Source of the DNA: Octopus bimaculoides
Taxonomy: Eukaryota
DNA length: 53,656 bases
Assembly: GCF_001194135.2 (NCBI RefSeq)
Contig: NC_068981.1
Coordinates: 188,846,651 to 188,900,306, forward strand
Reading direction: 5' to 3'
Shown: one piece after another, positions 49,624 through 53,656 of the stretch
Layout: each line of letters opens with the position of its first letter
Numbering within the stretch: the first letter of the stretch is position 1
The notes under the pieces: generated by a model
Databases searched by the model: none
What the model was told of the DNA's origin: nothing
The model's input: the letters and a program-made list of their open reading frames with translations, nothing else
Position numbers and translations under genes: made by a program

Positions 49624-50675
49624 ATTTAGACTTTGCTGATTATGTGTTCAACACTATAAACTATTGTCATATTAAATATACAATACACATATTTCATATT
49701 TAACTTACATCTCTCAAGAGATTTTTATTAAAAAGAATTACAAATATAACACTATGTGTGTGAGACAGACAGAGAGACAGAGACAGATGGACAGGTACTT
49801 GCTCAACTCATTTTAAAATAAAAAGAGAAATATCATAATGGTAGATTGCATAAAAAATTTTTTTTTTCTCCCATACTAGTTTGGGTGATATCATTTTCTA
49901 TGGTTTCGGTATTTTGTTCTCGGAACAACTATTTTTATAGGTGGATAGCCTTTCTACAAATATCTTCGCATCTGTAAAGTATGAGAGAACCTTTTGTTAA
50001 ACAATCCGAATGAAGCAAGCTTTGTCTAATGCCTTGCCCATAGACACAAAACAATGTCTATGCCTGATGGCCATTTCTCACTCTGAAACATTCTTCTCCT
50101 TCCTTTATTCTGTATGGTTTCACTATCCTAAAATAGTTTAGTTTGTAGCAATGTTTCAAATACAAAAGGTGGTTAACCACATGCTATAACATATTGTATT
50201 CTTTAATATATGAAGTTTTATTTGTTGTTTTCTCTCTGGAAGTATGTAAACCTTACAACTGGGATATACTGTTAACAGGATGTTATACATAAAAAACATA
50301 TGGAGAATGGTAAATTACCATGCCATGTATCAACCTTGAATTGCTTTCCTGCCAACGTGACAACCACAACAATTTGTATGACCTAGATCCTCCCATGCAC
50401 TATACACCCTCACATCTGTTTTAAACACAAATGCAGTTGATGAAGATACTTCTAGGATGTTGCAGTTGCAGATCTATGACATATGTTGTGCTGTATTGCT
50501 CTGGAATTTAATTCCATGTCTGGGTTTTTCTGGAAATTGATGTATAACAATTCAAACTATAATTGACCACAATAACCTCTCACTAGACAAGTATAACTCA
50601 GAAATAACCTTAAACACATATGACTCTGAGCACTGGAAATTGGAGCCTTTCAGTTGAAATGTATTACACACACAT

Positions 50676-50900
50676 CATCATCATCATCATTATCTAAAGT
50701 CTGTCTTGCATGCTTGTATAGATTAAGTCATTCGGCAGGTCCTAATGAATTGGAGGACTGTGTCCTGCTCCCGTGTCTGCTTAGCATGCTTTTTATGACT
50801 GGGTGCCCTTCATGATCCACCCACTTAGCTGAGTGTACTGGGTGTTTTTGTCATGGCACTAGGACAGCAGAAGTCACCATGTAACTCACAAGACTAAAAT
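50676..50900 (-). mobile_element. RTE-tailed repeat 3' end, diverged
   Basis: (CAT)n then ...tgactgggtgcccttcatgatccacccactt...gtgtactgggtg. Confidence 0.55.
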
Positions 50901-51047
50901 GTTCCTAACCGACATACAGCAGAGAAGGAGGTGGCATTCTGCTAGATGCTGAGGGGTTACAGTACAAAAGAAAGAGCTAACAGAAAGGTTTGCTGTTGTA
51001 GCTGAGATACAGAGCTAACTCACATTATAGAAGAGTGAGTTGGAGTA

Positions 51048-51474
51048 CCGTAAATCCTCGAGTATAATCCGCACTTTTTTTCCCAAAATTTAAAGGTTAA
51101 AATTTCTAGTGCGTACTATATACGAGGTTAAAAATGAAAAAATATTTTCAAAGCAAAATTTTCTAAGTGATAAATATGTAAAGGCAATTTACTTAATATT
51201 TATTTTTCACTGACGTTATTACTGTTACTTCTTTATTTTCTGCAAACAAAGTGCACAAAAAAGCTACACATTTGCATTATGTTTTATATACAATAATAAT
51301 AAAGGACGTTACCGTATGTATGTTTACAAACCAAGGACGTTATATAGACCTCCTTGACTCAAGTTAGAGAAGGGGTGCGTATTATACACAAGGTTTAGGT
51401 TTTTCAGAGGTTCAGCCCCCTAAAAATCCCCTGTGTATTATACTCAAGGGCGGACTATACTCGAGGATTTACGG
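51048..51474. mobile_element. Tc1/mariner-superfamily (Tc2/pogo-like) MITE
   Basis: 25-bp TIRs ccgtaaatcctcgagtataatccgc / gcggactatactcgaggatttacgg (1 mismatch); left TA TSD, right TT. Confidence 0.88.
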
Positions 51475-52056
51475 TTTTCAGAATGGAGCTTGAAAGGAAA
51501 ACAAACAATGTGATGAGGTGTCAGAGTGAGCACTCAAGGTACAAGAAGGGAAATAGAAGAGATTTTGGAGACAGAAGAAACGGGAGGGTGAGTAGAGGTT
51601 GCAAGAGAGTATAGGGTGAGTGAGATGTGGTTAGGAGATAGTGCAGAGGTGGAGAAAAGGTAGGGAGAGTAGGTGATGACTAGCAGTTCAGAAAGGGTGA
51701 AGAGCAGCAGAATGATAATATGACAGGAGAAGAGCAAGGAAAGAAATGGAGAAAGGTGGTGGGTAGTTTACCAAAGTGTGGAGGGGGGAGTGAGACATTT
51801 GGTGATATAGGGGATTCAGAAGGTACTGGTTTCAAGGAGTGATAATTTGTTGCACAGAAGGGTGATCAATGTAAAATATGAATATGACAGTACTCCAGCA
51901 TGCCCACAGTCAAATGACTGAAATAAATAAAAGAAAGTGTACTTGTATGTGTGCACATGCTCACATATGTGTTCATATGTCCAAATATGAAACATGAAAT
52001 GAAGCATCTTGCTCAAGGATACAACATACCACCCTTTCCTGCAAGCAAATCTTCCA

Positions 52057-52180
52057 TTGTATAGTCATCCTATAGATTGCATGATATTGTATAGTCATCC
52101 TATAGATATCATCCTATAGTCATCCTATAGATATCATGATATCATTGTATAGTCATCCTATACATTGCATGATATCTTGA
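52057..52180. repeat. Degenerate tandem repeat (attgtatagtcatcctatagat...)
   Basis: tatagtcatcctata recurs four times with variable spacers. Confidence 0.8.
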
Positions 52181-53104
52181 ACAAATGTCTTTCAGTTTGA
52201 TGCATACCTTGTGTATGAAATTGTGAATATGGAAACTGTGTAGAAGCCTGTCAGATAGATTGTATATCTATTTAAAAGATCTAACCTCGTCAAACTTCAT
52301 CATAATGATTCACCAGCTTGCGGAATACTCAGCCAGTTATACACAAATTCAATGCTTTATTTTTCAGCTTGGTATTAGAATTGGCTAAGAATTGAAGGTA
52401 GTGCCCTAGCATGGCCACTATCAAATGACTGAAACAAGTAAAAGATAAAAGATACTATAAATAATTAGAAGTTACTGTTTTCCCCATGATCAAGTATGAG
52501 AAATTGATCTTTAATGAGAGATTAACAAAACGAGAAACTAATTAGTTGGGTCTCTTTTCATAGCCACAAATAAAATGAATCCCATCCATTCTCTCTCTGT
52601 CCCGTTATTAAAATTTAAAATAAAACTCTTTTAAACAAGAAACCACTCAAAAAGAAGTGGACTGTAACTTCGATTTACAGTACCAGAAATATCATTACCA
52701 ATATTTTTTTTTCTAACCTCATATTTGGATTTGTTGATTTATTTAAAATTAATGTTTAAAGTTTTAAAAAACAAATCACAAAAAATCCTTTAACAACTTG
52801 TTTTCATATTATTGTTTTGATTTGTTAGGGTAATTTCATATCATTTGGTTACGTAAATGTGTTTTAACTATCAAAAATTTATAAACAGACACATAGCATT
52901 CAGGCTGTAGAAACAGAAAAATGTAAATGTTTGCAATGAATGTTATATCATCTTTATAACATTAAACGTGCTACAACATTATAAGGTTAAAACATTTGTA
53001 ATACACATCCACTGTTCTGTTCATCAATCAGAGGAAACAGATTTTTCATCAGCTTAATGAATTCATCACAGAATCACAGTATTGACCAGATCATCAGATG
53101 CTGT

Positions 53105-53345
53105 TTTACACTGCTCGTCACGATACACTTGATTTCGCCCTTCTTTTCCATCTTGACCCAAATTCCCTGACTAAATTGTCTTCCCATCATCATGGAGGCC
53201 TTCCACATGGCTTTCTTCAATTTCTTGGATACCATTCAGCAATGGCATGGGCCCACTTGTTGTCAGTGACCCTTGCAACATGTCTGTCCTAGTGGAACTT
53301 GTCTCTTCAGTGTTCTGTGATCTCGTCATTCACTCTGTTCATGAT
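53105..53345 (-). mobile_element. RTE LINE C-terminal remnant (third lineage)
   Basis: RHVARVTDNKWAHAIAEWYPRN*RKPCGRPP**WEDNL (cf. GHVARxxDxRW...EWxPR..KR..GRPPxRWxD); stops include likely CGA>TGA changes. Confidence 0.82.
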
Positions 53346-53622
53346 AATGAATTTATATTTATTTTAAATACAATCAATGTACAACAATGAGCTCTTCACT
53401 GTTTAGGTTCCTGTAAATTTCCTTAGAGATATCAGCAATTTCAGATGTTTAAAATTCACGATCAACGACTTTCTCAGTGATTTGCATCTATTTGGCCAAT
53501 GTTAAGATTTGTCTATATTAAATAAGAACTTGCAAGAAAGACTAAACAATAGAAAGAAAGGAAAAGAGAAAAACTATCAATTGTCAGGTGGGACTTGATT
53601 CTATATCTATTAGTTAATGCCT

Positions 53623-53656
<34 letters not shown>

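Overview
AT-rich, repeat-dense eukaryotic non-coding DNA. The repeat families (a tRNA-headed SINE with a central (TA/CA)n tract, RTE 3' ends with (GAT)n tails, long (TA)n arrays next to N gaps) look like Octopus/cephalopod genomic DNA; this taxon call is recognition from memory, not a database result. I find no supportable host-gene exon, intact transposon ORF, rRNA, true tRNA gene or CRISPR array. Almost every ORF in the track is a microsatellite translation, an N-gap artefact or a SINE read-through. Supported content: about 20 copies or fragments of one tRNA-derived SINE (family A); many 5'-truncated RTE 3' ends and RTE/CR1 reverse-transcriptase remnants; Penelope-like (PLE) RT and GIY-YIG remnants; a solo LTR; piggyBac-, hAT- and Tc2/pogo-type MITEs; several fold-back structures. 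N gaps lie at 1749-1956, 3309-4056, 6258-6584, 10300-11240, 12373-12708, 35996-36005, 41210-41279 and 43436-43445. The most interesting signal is a short element found twice (46234-46547; 35616-36385) that joins a Pol III tRNA-like head, via a (TAA)n linker, to a minimal type I hammerhead-ribozyme motif of the kind found in Penelope pseudo-LTRs. One copy has an inverted duplication of its 3' region at its 5' end. This suggests a ribozyme-bearing SINE mobilised by PLE machinery (inference). A third, unrelated hammerhead remnant lies at about 38995-39080. Coordinates of degenerate repeats are approximate (about +/-10-20 bp).
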